This document shows, one piece after another, positions 37,495 through 47,207 of a stretch of 64,000 nt of DNA. The translations under genes were made by a program, and so were the position numbers. The stretch is from assembly GCA_045541695.1 (NCBI GenBank), contig JAZQJO010000036.1, positions 6,269 through 70,268 of the forward strand, given 5' to 3'. The notes below the pieces were generated by a model, which did not search any database, was not told the DNA's origin, and saw only the letters and a program-made list of their open reading frames with translations. The stretch comes from Faecousia sp. (GTDB lineage: Bacteria > Bacillota > Clostridia > Oscillospirales > Oscillospiraceae). The stretch's first letter is position 1, and the number at the start of each line of letters is the position of its first letter.

Positions 37495-38940
37495 TTACAG
37501 ATTCAGGACAAAGTCCAGCATCTGTTTCTTGCCGATGACGGCGGTATGCTTCTCCTCTTTTTCCCGCAGGCCTGCCAAATTAGGAGGAACGGGAACGCCG
37601 GTCAGCTTTTGCAGCCGCTCCATCTGGGCAAATTCATCGCCGGAGGCATCGCCGCCGATGGCAGCAAGCACCGCTGCGGGGAATTTATAGGGAGATGCGG
37701 TGGACAGCACCACCATGGGGCGGCTGTCGCCGGTTTGGTTTACATAATCTTCTGCTACGGCCCAGCCGGAAGCGGTATGGGGATCGCAGACATAGCCATG
37801 GTCAGCAAAAACCTTGCCGATGGTCTTGGCAGCGCCCTCATCATCGCAGCAGCCGGCCCAGAAGCTATCCTGAATTTTTGCCAGCAGCTCGGTGGGAACG
37901 GTGTAGCTGCCTTCTTCATTGAGCTTTTTCATCATCCCCGCCACCAGAGCGGTATCGCCGCTCAGCAGGTACAGCAGCCGCTCCAGATTGGAAGACACCA
38001 GAATGTCCATAGACGGAGAGGTGGTCTTATACAGCGGTCTGCGGCGGTCATAGGTGCCGGTGCGGATGAAATCCGTCAGCACGTTATTGGCGTTGGACGC
38101 GCAAATGAGCTTGCCCACGGGAAGCCCCATCTTCTTGGCAAGGAAGCCAGCCAGAATATCGCCGAAGTTGCCGGTGGGAACAGAGAAATTCACCTTGTCC
38201 CCCATTTGGATGGTGCCGGCGTCCAGCAGATCACGGTAGGCCTTGAAATAATAAGTAACCTGCGGCGCAAGGCGGCCGATATTGATGGAGTTGGCAGAGG
38301 AAAGCCGGAAAGGAAGCGCCTTGTCACGGCAGGCAGCGAAGATATTCTTCACGCCGGTCTGGGCATCGTCAAAGTTGCCCCGGACGGCGCAGACGGCCAC
38401 ATTGCTGCCCTCCTGGGTCACCATCTGGGCCCGCTGGATGGGCGAAACGCCGCCATCGGGGTAAAACACGCAGATGCGGATGCCGGGAACGTCTTTAAAG
38501 CCCTCCAGCGCTGCCTTGCCGGTATCACCGGAGGTGGCGGTGAGGATCATAATATCTTCTGTTTCGCCCTTTTGCGTCTTGGCGGCAGTCATCAGCTGGG
38601 GCAGCATGCACAGCGCCACGTCCTTAAAGGCAGAGGTAGGGCCACGAAACAGCTCCAGCACTCGGAAAGCACCCACCTGTACGGTGGGGGTCAGCGCCTC
38701 GGTCTGGAACTTTCCCACGTAGGCACGGCGAACCAGCGCCTCCATTTCGGGAATGCCGGGAAGCAATGCGGACAGGATTTTCTGCGCCATTTCCATGGTA
38801 TCGCAGGCCACGCAGCCCTGCCAATCAAAGGCGGGGATCTGCTCCGGCAGGTACAAGCCGCCGTCGGAAGCCAGGCCCGTGAGGACTGCGCCGGCGCTGT
38901 CTGTTAGGGGCGCAGCGCCTCGAGTGGAATGATATTGCAT
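37495..38940 (-). CDS. thrC: Threonine synthase
   Basis: YHSTRG, GPTSAFKD, ATSGDTG, SANSIN and VPTGNFG motifs. Confidence 0.97.
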   Translation of the reverse strand: MQYHSTRGAAPLTDSAGAVLTGLASDGGLYLPEQIPAFDWQGCVACDTMEMAQKILSALLPGIPEMEALVRRAYVGKFQTEALTPTVQVGAFRVLELFRGPTSAFKDVALCMLPQLMTAAKTQKGETEDIMILTATSGDTGKAALEGFKDVPGIRICVFYPDGGVSPIQRAQMVTQEGSNVAVCAVRGNFDDAQTGVKNIFAACRDKALPFRLSSANSINIGRLAPQVTYYFKAYRDLLDAGTIQMGDKVNFSVPTGNFGDILAGFLAKKMGLPVGKLICASNANNVLTDFIRTGTYDRRRPLYKTTSPSMDILVSSNLERLLYLLSGDTALVAGMMKKLNEEGSYTVPTELLAKIQDSFWAGCCDDEGAAKTIGKVFADHGYVCDPHTASGWAVAEDYVNQTGDSRPMVVLSTASPYKFPAAVLAAIGGDASGDEFAQMERLQKLTGVPVPPNLAGLREKEEKHTAVIGKKQMLDFVLNL

Positions 38941-39096
38941 AACTTTCTCCTTTGGAAACGGGGTTTCCTTTACAAATTCAACAAAAGACAACTTTTTTGA
39001 TGAAAACACTTGGTTTTTGTGTCTCTATATGATATACTAATGTCCATTAAAATGCAAGGTGTTTCGAAAAATTTCTCTGGAAATGGAGGACAGTTT

Positions 39097-40227
39097 ATGA
39101 AAATCGGATTACTTGGTTTCGGTGTTGTGGGAAGAGGTGTTTATGAGCTGACCACCACCCGGGAAGATATGCAGGTAGCCTACGTCATGTGTTTGGAGGA
39201 TGTGACCCTGCCGGACGCCGTGACCACCCGGGACTTAAACCAGATCCTAAGGGACAAAACTGTGGACACCGTGGTGGAAGCCATGGGCGGTCTGCACCCC
39301 GCTTACGAATTCGTCCGTGCCGCCATTGAGGCCGGCAAGAATATCGTCACCTCCAACAAGGCGCTGGTGACCACTTTCTACGACGAGCTGATCCCGCTGG
39401 CCGCCCAAAAGGGCGTTTCCTTCCGCTGCACCGCTGCTGTGGGCGGCGGCATCGGCTGGCTCAGCGAGCTGGAGCGTGCCCGCCGTGTGCAGCGCCTGCG
39501 TCAGGTGGGCGGCATTATGAACGGCACTTGCAACTACATTCTCGACAACATGACCCGTCTTGGCAAGAACTACGACGAGGTTTTGAAGCAGGCACAGGAA
39601 CTGGGTTATGCCGAGGCCAATCCCTCCACCGACGTGGACGGCATCGACACCTGGCACAAGATCATCCTCTCCGGCAACGCCGCTTTCGGCGTCAGCTTTG
39701 AGAAAGAGACCGTTCCCGTTTCCGGTATTTCCCGCATTCAGGCCTGCGATGTGGCGGCTTTCACAGAGCATGGCTATGTCTGCAAGCTCATCGGCACCGC
39801 AAAACGCACCGAAACCGGCTACACCGCCTATGTGCAGCCCACGTTGGTGGATGCCGGTCAGCCGGAAGCCAATGTGCCTATGAACTACAATATGATCACC
39901 TTTGTGGGTGAGACCTCCGGACGCATGAGTCTGTACGGTCAGGGCGCAGGCCGCTACCCCACCGCATACAATGTGGTGCAGGACTGTGTGGATGTTCTGG
40001 CCGGCCGCAGCTTCTACAGCCCCTACGGCGCAAAGGTCACGGCCCAAAACACCGACACTTTGGCATATTATGTCCGTGGCGGTAAGCTGCCGCAGGATTG
40101 GGCAGCAGAAAGCTGGGGCGAAGCGGTGCTGACAAAGCCCGTTGCCGTTGACAAGATGCACGCATGGCTGAAAGAAAATCCCGATGCCTTTATCGCCGCC
40201 GTTCTCCCCGGCGCATTCGGTGACTAA
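39097..40227 (+). CDS. hom: Homoserine dehydrogenase
   Basis: GFGVVG, VTSNK, NGTCNYIL, GYAEANP..DVDG and GQGAG motifs. Confidence 0.95.
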   Translation: MKIGLLGFGVVGRGVYELTTTREDMQVAYVMCLEDVTLPDAVTTRDLNQILRDKTVDTVVEAMGGLHPAYEFVRAAIEAGKNIVTSNKALVTTFYDELIPLAAQKGVSFRCTAAVGGGIGWLSELERARRVQRLRQVGGIMNGTCNYILDNMTRLGKNYDEVLKQAQELGYAEANPSTDVDGIDTWHKIILSGNAAFGVSFEKETVPVSGISRIQACDVAAFTEHGYVCKLIGTAKRTETGYTAYVQPTLVDAGQPEANVPMNYNMITFVGETSGRMSLYGQGAGRYPTAYNVVQDCVDVLAGRSFYSPYGAKVTAQNTDTLAYYVRGGKLPQDWAAESWGEAVLTKPVAVDKMHAWLKENPDAFIAAVLPGAFGD

Positions 40228-40248
40228 ATACGAAAGGAATACAGTATT

Positions 40249-41565
40249 ATGTTGAAAGCTGTTAAATTCGGCGGCTCGTCCATGGCAGACGCCGGCCAAT
40301 ACAAGAAAGTCCGCAGCATTCTGGAAGCAGATCCTTCCCGAAAGATCGTTGTTGTTTCCGCTGCCGGCAAGCGCAACTCCGCTGACCACAAGATCACCGA
40401 CCTGTTGTATCTGTGCCACGCCCACACCCAATACGGCGTGGACAGCACCGGCATTTTCGAGATGATCACCGCCCGGTATCTGGAGATCCGGGATGATCTG
40501 GGTATCCAGCTGGATCTGGAAACCGATTTTGCCCAGCTGAAAAAGCGGCTGGACGCCAAGGCGGTCTCTCAGGATGAGCTGGCCAGCCGCGGCGAATACT
40601 TCTCCGCCAAGCTGATGGCCGCATATCTGGGCTTTGCCTTTGTGGACGCAGCCGATTGGGTGTTCTTTAACATTGACGGCACAGTGGACACCGAAAAGTC
40701 CTATGCCGCCCTGAAGGCTGAGGCCAAGGGCCAGGGCATTGTGACCCCCGGCTTCTACGGCGTCATGCCCGACGGCAGCATCCGCACCTTCTCCCGCGGC
40801 GGCAGTGACATCACCGGTGCTTTGGCGGCCGCTGCGCTGGATGCGGACGTCTACGAAAACTGGACCGACGTTTCCGGTATTCTGATGGCTGACCCCCGGA
40901 TCGTGGATAATCCCCAGCCCATTGCCGAGATCCCCTACGACGAGCTCCGGGAGCTGGCTTACGCCGGCGCAAATGTGCTTCACGAGGGTGCGATCTATCC
41001 CGTGCGGAAGAAGAATATTCCTCTGAACATCCGCAACACCAACGAGCCGGAAAATCCCGGTACCATGATCAAAAAGCATTTTGAGACCGGGATCGATCCC
41101 AGCCGGATCATCACCGGTGTCACCGGCAAAAAGGATTTTTCCGTCATCACCATCTTTAAGCGTGGTCTGACCAACCAGGTGGGCATTCTCCGCCGGATCC
41201 TGTCTGTACTGGAAAAGCACGGCGTCAACGTGGAATTTGTCCCCAACGGCATGGATAACGTGTCTTTGGCCATCCCCACCGCCAAGCTGGCTCCCCATCT
41301 GTATGCCATTCTGGCAGAGATCCAGCAGGAAATCGCACCGGATAACATCACCGTTCACGACCAGATCGCCATCATCACCGCTGTGGGCCATCAGATGGCG
41401 TTCCGTCCCGGCGTTTCCGGTAAGATCTTCGCCGCTTTGGGTCAGGCGGGCATCAACATCCGTATGATCAACCAGGGTCCTGACGAGCTGAACATTATCT
41501 TCGGCGTGGAAAACAAGGACTTTGCTGAAGCTATCCGTGTGCTGTATAACAGCTTTGTTAAGTAA
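40249..41565 (+). CDS. Aspartate kinase
   Basis: KFGGSS, VVSAAGK, FSRGGSDITG and WTDVSG motifs with C-terminal ACT domains. Confidence 0.95.
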   Translation: MLKAVKFGGSSMADAGQYKKVRSILEADPSRKIVVVSAAGKRNSADHKITDLLYLCHAHTQYGVDSTGIFEMITARYLEIRDDLGIQLDLETDFAQLKKRLDAKAVSQDELASRGEYFSAKLMAAYLGFAFVDAADWVFFNIDGTVDTEKSYAALKAEAKGQGIVTPGFYGVMPDGSIRTFSRGGSDITGALAAAALDADVYENWTDVSGILMADPRIVDNPQPIAEIPYDELRELAYAGANVLHEGAIYPVRKKNIPLNIRNTNEPENPGTMIKKHFETGIDPSRIITGVTGKKDFSVITIFKRGLTNQVGILRRILSVLEKHGVNVEFVPNGMDNVSLAIPTAKLAPHLYAILAEIQQEIAPDNITVHDQIAIITAVGHQMAFRPGVSGKIFAALGQAGINIRMINQGPDELNIIFGVENKDFAEAIRVLYNSFVK

Positions 41566-41582
41566 AACAGGAGGAATTTTCG

Positions 41583-42584
41583 ATGAAACAGTATACTGTT
41601 GCTATTTTGGGCGCAACCGGCGCCGTAGGTCAGGAAATGATCAAGGTTCTGCAGGAGCGCAACTTCCCCGTTGGTAAGCTGATCCCGCTGGCCAGCGCTC
41701 GCAGCGCAGGCAAGACCCTGAGATTTAAGGGAGAGGATGTGACCATTCAGCTGGCATGCGATGAAGCTTTCGAGGGCGTGGACATCGTTCTGCGCGCCGC
41801 TGAAAACGACATCGCCAAGCAGTTTGCTCCCGCCATCACCAAGGCAGGCGCAGTGTTTGTGGATAACTCTTCCGCATTCCGTATGGATCCCAAGGTGCCT
41901 CTGGTAGTTCCCGAGGTCAACCCCGAGGATGTGAAGTGGCACAGCGGTATCATTTCCAACCCCAACTGCTCCACCATCATCACCCTCACCGCTGTCAATG
42001 CTCTGAACTCCATCGCTCCCATCCGCACCATGACCGCATCTACCTATCAGGCAGTTTCCGGCGCAGGCGCCGGCGGTCCTATCGAGCTCATGGGCGAGGT
42101 GGGGGCTCTGCGTAACGGCGAGACCTACGAAAACAAGGTCTTCCCCTACCAGATCGCCTACAATCTGATCCCCCAGATCGGCGGTGAAGCCTTCGAGGGC
42201 TACACCAGCGAAGAAATGAAGATGCAGAACGAAGGCCGCAAGATCATGCATCTGCCTGAGCTGAAGGTTACCTGCACCTGCATCCGTGTTCCCGTTGTCC
42301 GCAGCCACTCCATCTCCGTCAGCTGCCACTTTGATGTTCCCGTCACCGTGGAGCAGGTGCGTGAGGTGCTGGCAAAGGCACCCGGCGTGAAGCTGGTGGA
42401 CGATCTGAAGAACAAGCAGTATCCCATGCCTCTGGACACCACCGATCAGGACATTGTTTTCGTGGGCCGTATCCGCCGTGATCTGACCGACGATTGCGGT
42501 GTGGCTCTGTGGTGCTGCGGTGACCAGGTCCGTAAGGGCGCTGCCACCAACGCCATCCAGATTGCTGAATTGCTGGTTAAGTAA
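41583..42584 (+). CDS. asd: Aspartate-semialdehyde dehydrogenase
   Basis: GATGAVG, DNSSAFRM, NPNCST, TYQAVSGAG and RKGAATNA motifs. Confidence 0.97.
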   Translation: MKQYTVAILGATGAVGQEMIKVLQERNFPVGKLIPLASARSAGKTLRFKGEDVTIQLACDEAFEGVDIVLRAAENDIAKQFAPAITKAGAVFVDNSSAFRMDPKVPLVVPEVNPEDVKWHSGIISNPNCSTIITLTAVNALNSIAPIRTMTASTYQAVSGAGAGGPIELMGEVGALRNGETYENKVFPYQIAYNLIPQIGGEAFEGYTSEEMKMQNEGRKIMHLPELKVTCTCIRVPVVRSHSISVSCHFDVPVTVEQVREVLAKAPGVKLVDDLKNKQYPMPLDTTDQDIVFVGRIRRDLTDDCGVALWCCGDQVRKGAATNAIQIAELLVK

Positions 42585-42590
42585 ATACGA

Positions 42591-42618
42591 AAAGCGGAGT
42601 GAACATTCACTCCGCTTT
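42591..42618. terminator. Bidirectional terminator
   Basis: AAAGCGGAGTGAA-CA-TTCACTCCGCTTT between convergent genes. Confidence 0.8.
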
Positions 42619-43449
42619 ATTTTTTAGTTCTGCTGCCCAGGCGGCCGGGATCTGCAAATTCCCTTTGCCCACGCCCATTGCGATGTCCGGCTTGTTGTCG
42701 CCGTGAAAATCGCTGCCGCCGCTGTATTTTATCCCAAATTTGTCTGCCAGCGCCAGGGACTTTTGGGTCGTTTCCCGGTCATAACGTGAATAATAACACT
42801 CCATGCCCACCAGACCCCTTTGCTTCGCCAGGGGCAGCAACTCTGCCAGCTCGGCCTCGTTTGCGTTTAAAAACGGATGGGCCAGAACCGGCACGGCGCC
42901 GATCCGGGTAATAAAATCGATCATTTCGAAAATCGACGGACGCAGGGGCTCTTTGTAATATCCCGCAGCCGGCGAAAGCAGGGTTTTAAAGGCTTCCTGA
43001 ATGGACGGCGTGTAGCCTTTCCGGGTCAGCTCGGCAGCGATATGGGATCGGTTGAACTTGCCGTTGGGAGTCGCATTTTTGATGGTTTCATAGTCAAGGG
43101 AATACCCGGCTTGGTTGAGGGCATTTATCAAATTCCGATTGCTCTCGGCCTTTCGCTGGGTATATTCTTCCATCAGGCAAGAGATTTTGTGAAAATGCGC
43201 CGGGTCGACAAACAAGCCCAGCAGATGAAATTCCTTTCCGTTGTAATCCACAGAAAATTCCACGCCGGCAACGGCTTCCACAGCCTTGCCCCGGGCAGCG
43301 GCCAAAAATTCCGGCAGGCCGTCTGCGGTGTTGTGATCCGTCAGGGCGATGGCGGACAGCTGCCGCTTCACCGCTTCGTCGATCAACTGGGCAGGCGTAT
43401 AGGTTCCGTCGGAAAAAACGGAGTGGGTGTGTAAATCGCAGTATTGCAT
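42607..43449 (-). CDS. PHP-domain phosphoesterase (TrpH/YciV-like)
   Basis: DLHTHS..SDG, ALTDH, LAHP and GGSDFHG motifs. Confidence 0.92.
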   Translation of the reverse strand: MQYCDLHTHSVFSDGTYTPAQLIDEAVKRQLSAIALTDHNTADGLPEFLAAARGKAVEAVAGVEFSVDYNGKEFHLLGLFVDPAHFHKISCLMEEYTQRKAESNRNLINALNQAGYSLDYETIKNATPNGKFNRSHIAAELTRKGYTPSIQEAFKTLLSPAAGYYKEPLRPSIFEMIDFITRIGAVPVLAHPFLNANEAELAELLPLAKQRGLVGMECYYSRYDRETTQKSLALADKFGIKYSGGSDFHGDNKPDIAMGVGKGNLQIPAAWAAELKNKAE

Positions 43450-43546
43450 TCCATGCTCACCGGGCCTTTGCTTTCCAATTATTTTAACAATGCTTCCCCT
43501 TACCGCAACAACCAGAGAACGCTCCTCGCTTTTATTGCAGCCTTAA

Positions 43547-44710
43547 TTACATAATATCCTTTTCGTGCAGCACGACCCCGGCAGCCTGCAGTTTTTTCTG
43601 CAGCGCCGAAACATCCAGGGAAGAAAAATCATCGGTCATCGCTGCAGCCGTTCCTGCTGCCTGACCGGTTACTGCGCAGCATGGAATGACGCGCATCAGC
43701 TCCCACAGCGGCTCGTCTACCGATGTGCAGCGACCTGCAACGATCAGGTTTTTTACTTCCCTGCTGTAAAGCGTACGGAAAGGCACTTCGTACACCGGTC
43801 CCCGCCTTCTCCAGTTGGAGACCATGCCGATGGAATCCTCGAAATAAGTATGTTCTTCGTTATAAGCAAGCTCATAATCTCCCACGATTTTTCTTGTCAT
43901 GCGGATCTGCGGGATCGTTGCCAGGGTGGAAATGACTGCTTTGGGGTCTGCCTCCCGCTTTTTCAGCCAGTGGGACAGGGTGATCTGGTGGGACAGGCAA
44001 ACCATTTCAGAGATTTCCTTGCCGTCCAATCCGGTAAATCTGCGATCAATCAGCGGCTTTTCATCATTTTCGCTGCGTTCCTCCTCGGGGGCATCGGAAG
44101 CGCCCAGCTGCTGCATATTGTAGCCGTTCTCATTGGAATAGTAATACCATGCGGCAAGGACGTTTCCCTGCTCATATGTTGTTGTGGGAGCGCCTGCGAA
44201 TTTGGCAATATCACAGTCGCCTGTTGCATCTACAACAGAGCCGATCTCGTATGCGGTTCTGCCGGATTTGTTTTCCACGTAAAGCCGGCTGATCCGCTGC
44301 TCATGCAGCTCCACATCCACAACGTAAGAGCCGTAAAGAATGTCCACGCCGCTGTCCATCAGCAGTTTTTCCGCCACGATGGCAAACACCTGCGGATTGT
44401 ACTGTACCATATAGCGCTTATCTTTTTCTGTTCTTGTGCCCACATTCTCCAGCCAGTTTTCAGGGTATCTGCCCTCTGCGCCATAAGTAACGGAGAGCTT
44501 CAGCAATTCTTCTGCAATACCAAAAGAAACCTGATGCCCGAATCCGTCACAAAGGGGCAGATAAATGGCGATAAGGCCCGCCGTTCCCAAGCCGCCGAGC
44601 ATATATTCTTTTTCGAAAAGTACAACCTTTTTTCCCTCTCGGGCAGCGGCCAGAGCCGCCGAAATTCCGGCAAAACCGCCGCCGCAAACGGCAACATCAT
44701 ATTTTCCCAT
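43547..44710 (-). CDS. FAD-dependent oxidoreductase
   Basis: GGGFAGISAA, VDATGD and NLIVAGRC motifs; more AT-rich than the core genes. Confidence 0.85.
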   Translation of the reverse strand: MGKYDVAVCGGGFAGISAALAAAREGKKVVLFEKEYMLGGLGTAGLIAIYLPLCDGFGHQVSFGIAEELLKLSVTYGAEGRYPENWLENVGTRTEKDKRYMVQYNPQVFAIVAEKLLMDSGVDILYGSYVVDVELHEQRISRLYVENKSGRTAYEIGSVVDATGDCDIAKFAGAPTTTYEQGNVLAAWYYYSNENGYNMQQLGASDAPEEERSENDEKPLIDRRFTGLDGKEISEMVCLSHQITLSHWLKKREADPKAVISTLATIPQIRMTRKIVGDYELAYNEEHTYFEDSIGMVSNWRRRGPVYEVPFRTLYSREVKNLIVAGRCTSVDEPLWELMRVIPCCAVTGQAAGTAAAMTDDFSSLDVSALQKKLQAAGVVLHEKDIM

Positions 44711-44795
44711 TTGGTATGACCTCCAGTTTTTTACTGTCGTTTAATTATATAATAAAAAAGACGAAATGTAAATACCTGTTGCATAAACCCCGCCG

Positions 44796-45003
44796 GTTTA
44801 CAGATACTAACAGCGTAATTTGTAAAAATATTGTAGGCTGCCTTGCCTCCCTCCTTGAGGGAGGTGGCATTTGCGAAGCAAATGACGGAGGGAGTGTCGT
44901 TCTTAAGATAGGACACTCCCCCAGTCACGGCTTGCGCCGTGCCAGGCCCCTCAAAGAGGGGGCCGAGGGGTGCCGCAGAAAAGGAGAAAGATATATGAAA
45001 GCA
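44796..45003 (+). repeat. Partial duplicate of the spoVT upstream region (promoter block plus RBS/start)
   Basis: 44796-44841 matches 46381-46426 (45/46). 44980-45003 matches 46559-46582 (24/24). Confidence 0.9.
44841..44964. repeat. Gene-less two-arm palindromic element, copy 3
   Basis: B arm CCTTGCCTCCCTC-CTT-GAGGGAGG-TGGCATTTGC-GAA-GCAAATGACGG-AGGGAGTG and an inverted A arm; opposite orientation to copy 1. Confidence 0.85.
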
Positions 45004-45181
45004 CCCCTTGCTGACAACATTGACACCAATCGGCAGATGCTGCTGGGCGATACATAGTGTGGTGGAAAGATGTAATCAATAAAACGGAGCAGAAATTCTG
45101 CTCCGTTTTTGTATAAGGAAACTTTTTTTATCTTTATCGAAATCCTTCATACATAAACAAATCGTCTTCTTTTATCGTTCT

Positions 45182-46030
45182 TTAAGGACGAATATCACCA
45201 TCTGTGCAATGTACGATTTGCTTACTTTGCAAACATAAACTATCCCCAAAAGCATTTATCCATTGCTTTTTAGTGCCTGAAAAATTAATAACTAGTCCTA
45301 CTATATTATTAAACGCGCTCTGATATCCTATACTGGTTACAGTATCTGGTATATCTATGCTTTTTAGTGATGTGCAATTTGCAAAAGCCGCGTTAGAAAT
45401 TGTTTTTGTACCATCAGGAATAGTAATACTTGTAAGGCTTTCACAACCAGCAAAAGCACCATATCCGATAGTTATAAGATTATCTGGTAAATTTACCTTA
45501 GTAAGATTAATGCAATGAGTAAAAGCATCCAGAGGTATTGTCGTTACATTATCTGGAATATCAATATTTGTAAGGCTTTCACAATAGCCAAAAGCATCCT
45601 GACCAATACTGGTTAAAGTATTCGGCAAAGTGATATTTGTGAGTTTTTTGCAATCGCTAAATGCATTGTTGCTAATACTTGTTAAAGTGTTCGGGAAAGT
45701 GATATTTGTAAGACTTTCGCAATGGCTAAACGCATATTCTCCAACACTTGTTATTCCACTCTCTATTGTAACGGTTTGAATGTTATCCACCATTTGGAAA
45801 GCTCTATCGGAAACAGCCGTTACTGCAATACCATCGATTTTTGAGGGTATAATAATATCTTTATAATTATCTATATCTTCACCCGCCGAAACTGAATATG
45901 TTCCATCAGGTAAAAGTGTATATTTTAATCCATTAATCTCAATTCCCTTATTCTCGTTGCCACAAGCAACAAAACACAGAACAATGTTCAGTGCTAAAAT
46001 AGTAGCAACTAGTACTTTGCATATTTTCAT
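45182..46030 (-). CDS. BspA-type leucine-rich repeat (LRR_5) surface lipoprotein
   Basis: Lipobox FVAC and repeated LTxIxxPxxxTxIGxxAFxxC units; strongly AT-rich. Confidence 0.92.
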   Translation of the reverse strand: MKICKVLVATILALNIVLCFVACGNENKGIEINGLKYTLLPDGTYSVSAGEDIDNYKDIIIPSKIDGIAVTAVSDRAFQMVDNIQTVTIESGITSVGEYAFSHCESLTNITFPNTLTSISNNAFSDCKKLTNITLPNTLTSIGQDAFGYCESLTNIDIPDNVTTIPLDAFTHCINLTKVNLPDNLITIGYGAFAGCESLTSITIPDGTKTISNAAFANCTSLKSIDIPDTVTSIGYQSAFNNIVGLVINFSGTKKQWINAFGDSLCLQSKQIVHCTDGDIRP

Positions 46031-46052
46031 TTTTCCTACCTCCTTTTATTTT

Positions 46053-46093
46053 TGTAACATACTGTTACATAAGCAGTGTAACACAATGTTACA
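46053..46093. promoter_or_regulatory. Two palindromic operators TGTAACA-N3-TGTTACA
   Basis: Perfect palindromes at 46053-46069 and 46077-46093 between the divergent LRR and XRE genes. Confidence 0.75.
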
Positions 46094-46114
46094 ATAAAAG
46101 CAAGGGGTGGTTGA

Positions 46115-46318
46115 ATGATTGGGCTTAAAAATATTCGCAAAAAACGAAATTTGAATCAGCAAAAAGTTGCTATGGATTTGAATATATCCCGTGAAGCATT
46201 GTCCTATTACGAAAACGGCAAGCGGGAACCGTCCCTTGCGTTGCTGGTTGCAATGTCGAAATATTACAATGTATCAATCAATTATCTGATCACAGGCGAA
46301 GAATTTCAAAAAAGATAA
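46115..46318 (+). CDS. XRE-family HTH regulator
   Basis: LKNIRKKRNLNQQKVA..LNISREALSYYENGKREP. Confidence 0.92.
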   Translation: MIGLKNIRKKRNLNQQKVAMDLNISREALSYYENGKREPSLALLVAMSKYYNVSINYLITGEEFQKR

Positions 46319-46365
46319 ACCTACCTTTCGAAGAAGTAAAGGTAGGTTTGTTTTTCTTTTGGTCG

Positions 46366-46394
46366 GTATAATCTCCGTGTGTTTACAGATACTA
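46366..46394 (+). promoter_or_regulatory. Forespore sigma (SigG/SigF-like) promoter of spoVT
   Basis: GTATA-17 bp-GATACTA. The duplicate at 44781-44809 reads GCATA-17 bp-GATACTA. Confidence 0.55.
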
Positions 46395-46427
46395 ACAGCG
46401 TAATTTGTAAAAATATTGTGGGCTGCG

Positions 46428-46548
46428 AAAGGCTTCTCCTTGAGGAGAAGCTGTCAGCGAAGCTGACTGATGAGGTGGAATGAATCCGCGACAACACCTC
46501 ATCCGACCTCGCTGACGCTCGGCCACCTTCCCCTCAAGGGGAAGGCTT
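46428..46548. repeat. Gene-less two-arm palindromic element, copy 4 (closest to the DUF559 locus)
   Basis: The A arm differs from the DUF559 left arm at one loop base. The B arm is CACCTCATCCGACC...CACCTTCCCC-TCAA-GGGGAAGGC. Confidence 0.9.
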
Positions 46549-46573
46549 CTAGAAATGTAAAGGAGAAAGATAT

Positions 46574-47116
46574 ATGAAAGCAACCGGCATTGTCAGAAGA
46601 GTGGACGATTTGGGGAGAATTGTGATCCCGAAGGAGATCAGAAGAACTTTAAGAATCCGTGAGGGAGATCCTCTTGAGATCTACACGGAAAAGGACGGCG
46701 GTGTGATCTTCCGCAAGTATTCTCCCATGGGAGATCTGCAGGATTTTGCCGCCCAGATGTGTGAGGCCATCGGCTCCAACACCGGTCACGTAGCCGCCGT
46801 TGCCGACCGGGATGCCATCATCGCCCTGTCCGGCGCACCCAAGCGGGAGCTGATCGACAAACCCAATTCCGCGGAGCTGGGCCGGCTCATGGAGCAGCGC
46901 ACCAACTATCGCTACGAAAGCGGCGCTCCTTCCATCCCCGCCACAGAAGCCAACGAAAAATATTCCCTTGGTGTGGCTGCCCCTATTTTGTCCCAGGGTG
47001 ACCTGATGGGCTGCGTGATGCTGCTGCTCAGCGAAGGCGACGCACCCCTAACCGAGCCGGATCAGCGGCTTGCCCAGACCGCTGCGGATTTTTTGGGGAA
47101 ACAGCTGGAAAACTGA
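46574..47116 (+). CDS. spoVT: Stage V sporulation protein T
   Basis: AbrB domain MKATGIVRRVDDLGRIVIPKEIRRTLRIREGDPLEI plus a GAF-like C-terminus. Confidence 0.95.
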   Translation: MKATGIVRRVDDLGRIVIPKEIRRTLRIREGDPLEIYTEKDGGVIFRKYSPMGDLQDFAAQMCEAIGSNTGHVAAVADRDAIIALSGAPKRELIDKPNSAELGRLMEQRTNYRYESGAPSIPATEANEKYSLGVAAPILSQGDLMGCVMLLLSEGDAPLTEPDQRLAQTAADFLGKQLEN

Positions 47117-47207
47117 ATATTCACTCCGGTGGCTTAGCCACCGGTTTTTTCTATACTTTTTCGCTGGCTTGTGATACAATGATAAAAACAAAGCGGGAGG
47201 CGAGTAT

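Noticed and set aside
38941-39096. T-box or lysine riboswitch for the thr/asp genes
   Set aside because: The divergent gap is only 156 bp, and no T-box (TGGNACC) antiterminator architecture is visible.
44716-45057. 113-aa ORF spanning the palindromic element, and similar short ORFs at 46392-46583, 60729-61022 and 2991-3299
   Set aside because: These are translations through non-coding repeats and promoters. Only the last 20 codons of the first ORF have an RBS, derived from the spoVT duplication.
43547-46318. Prophage or ICE remnant in the AT-rich stretch
   Set aside because: There are no integrase, relaxase or phage genes. It is treated as a small islet.
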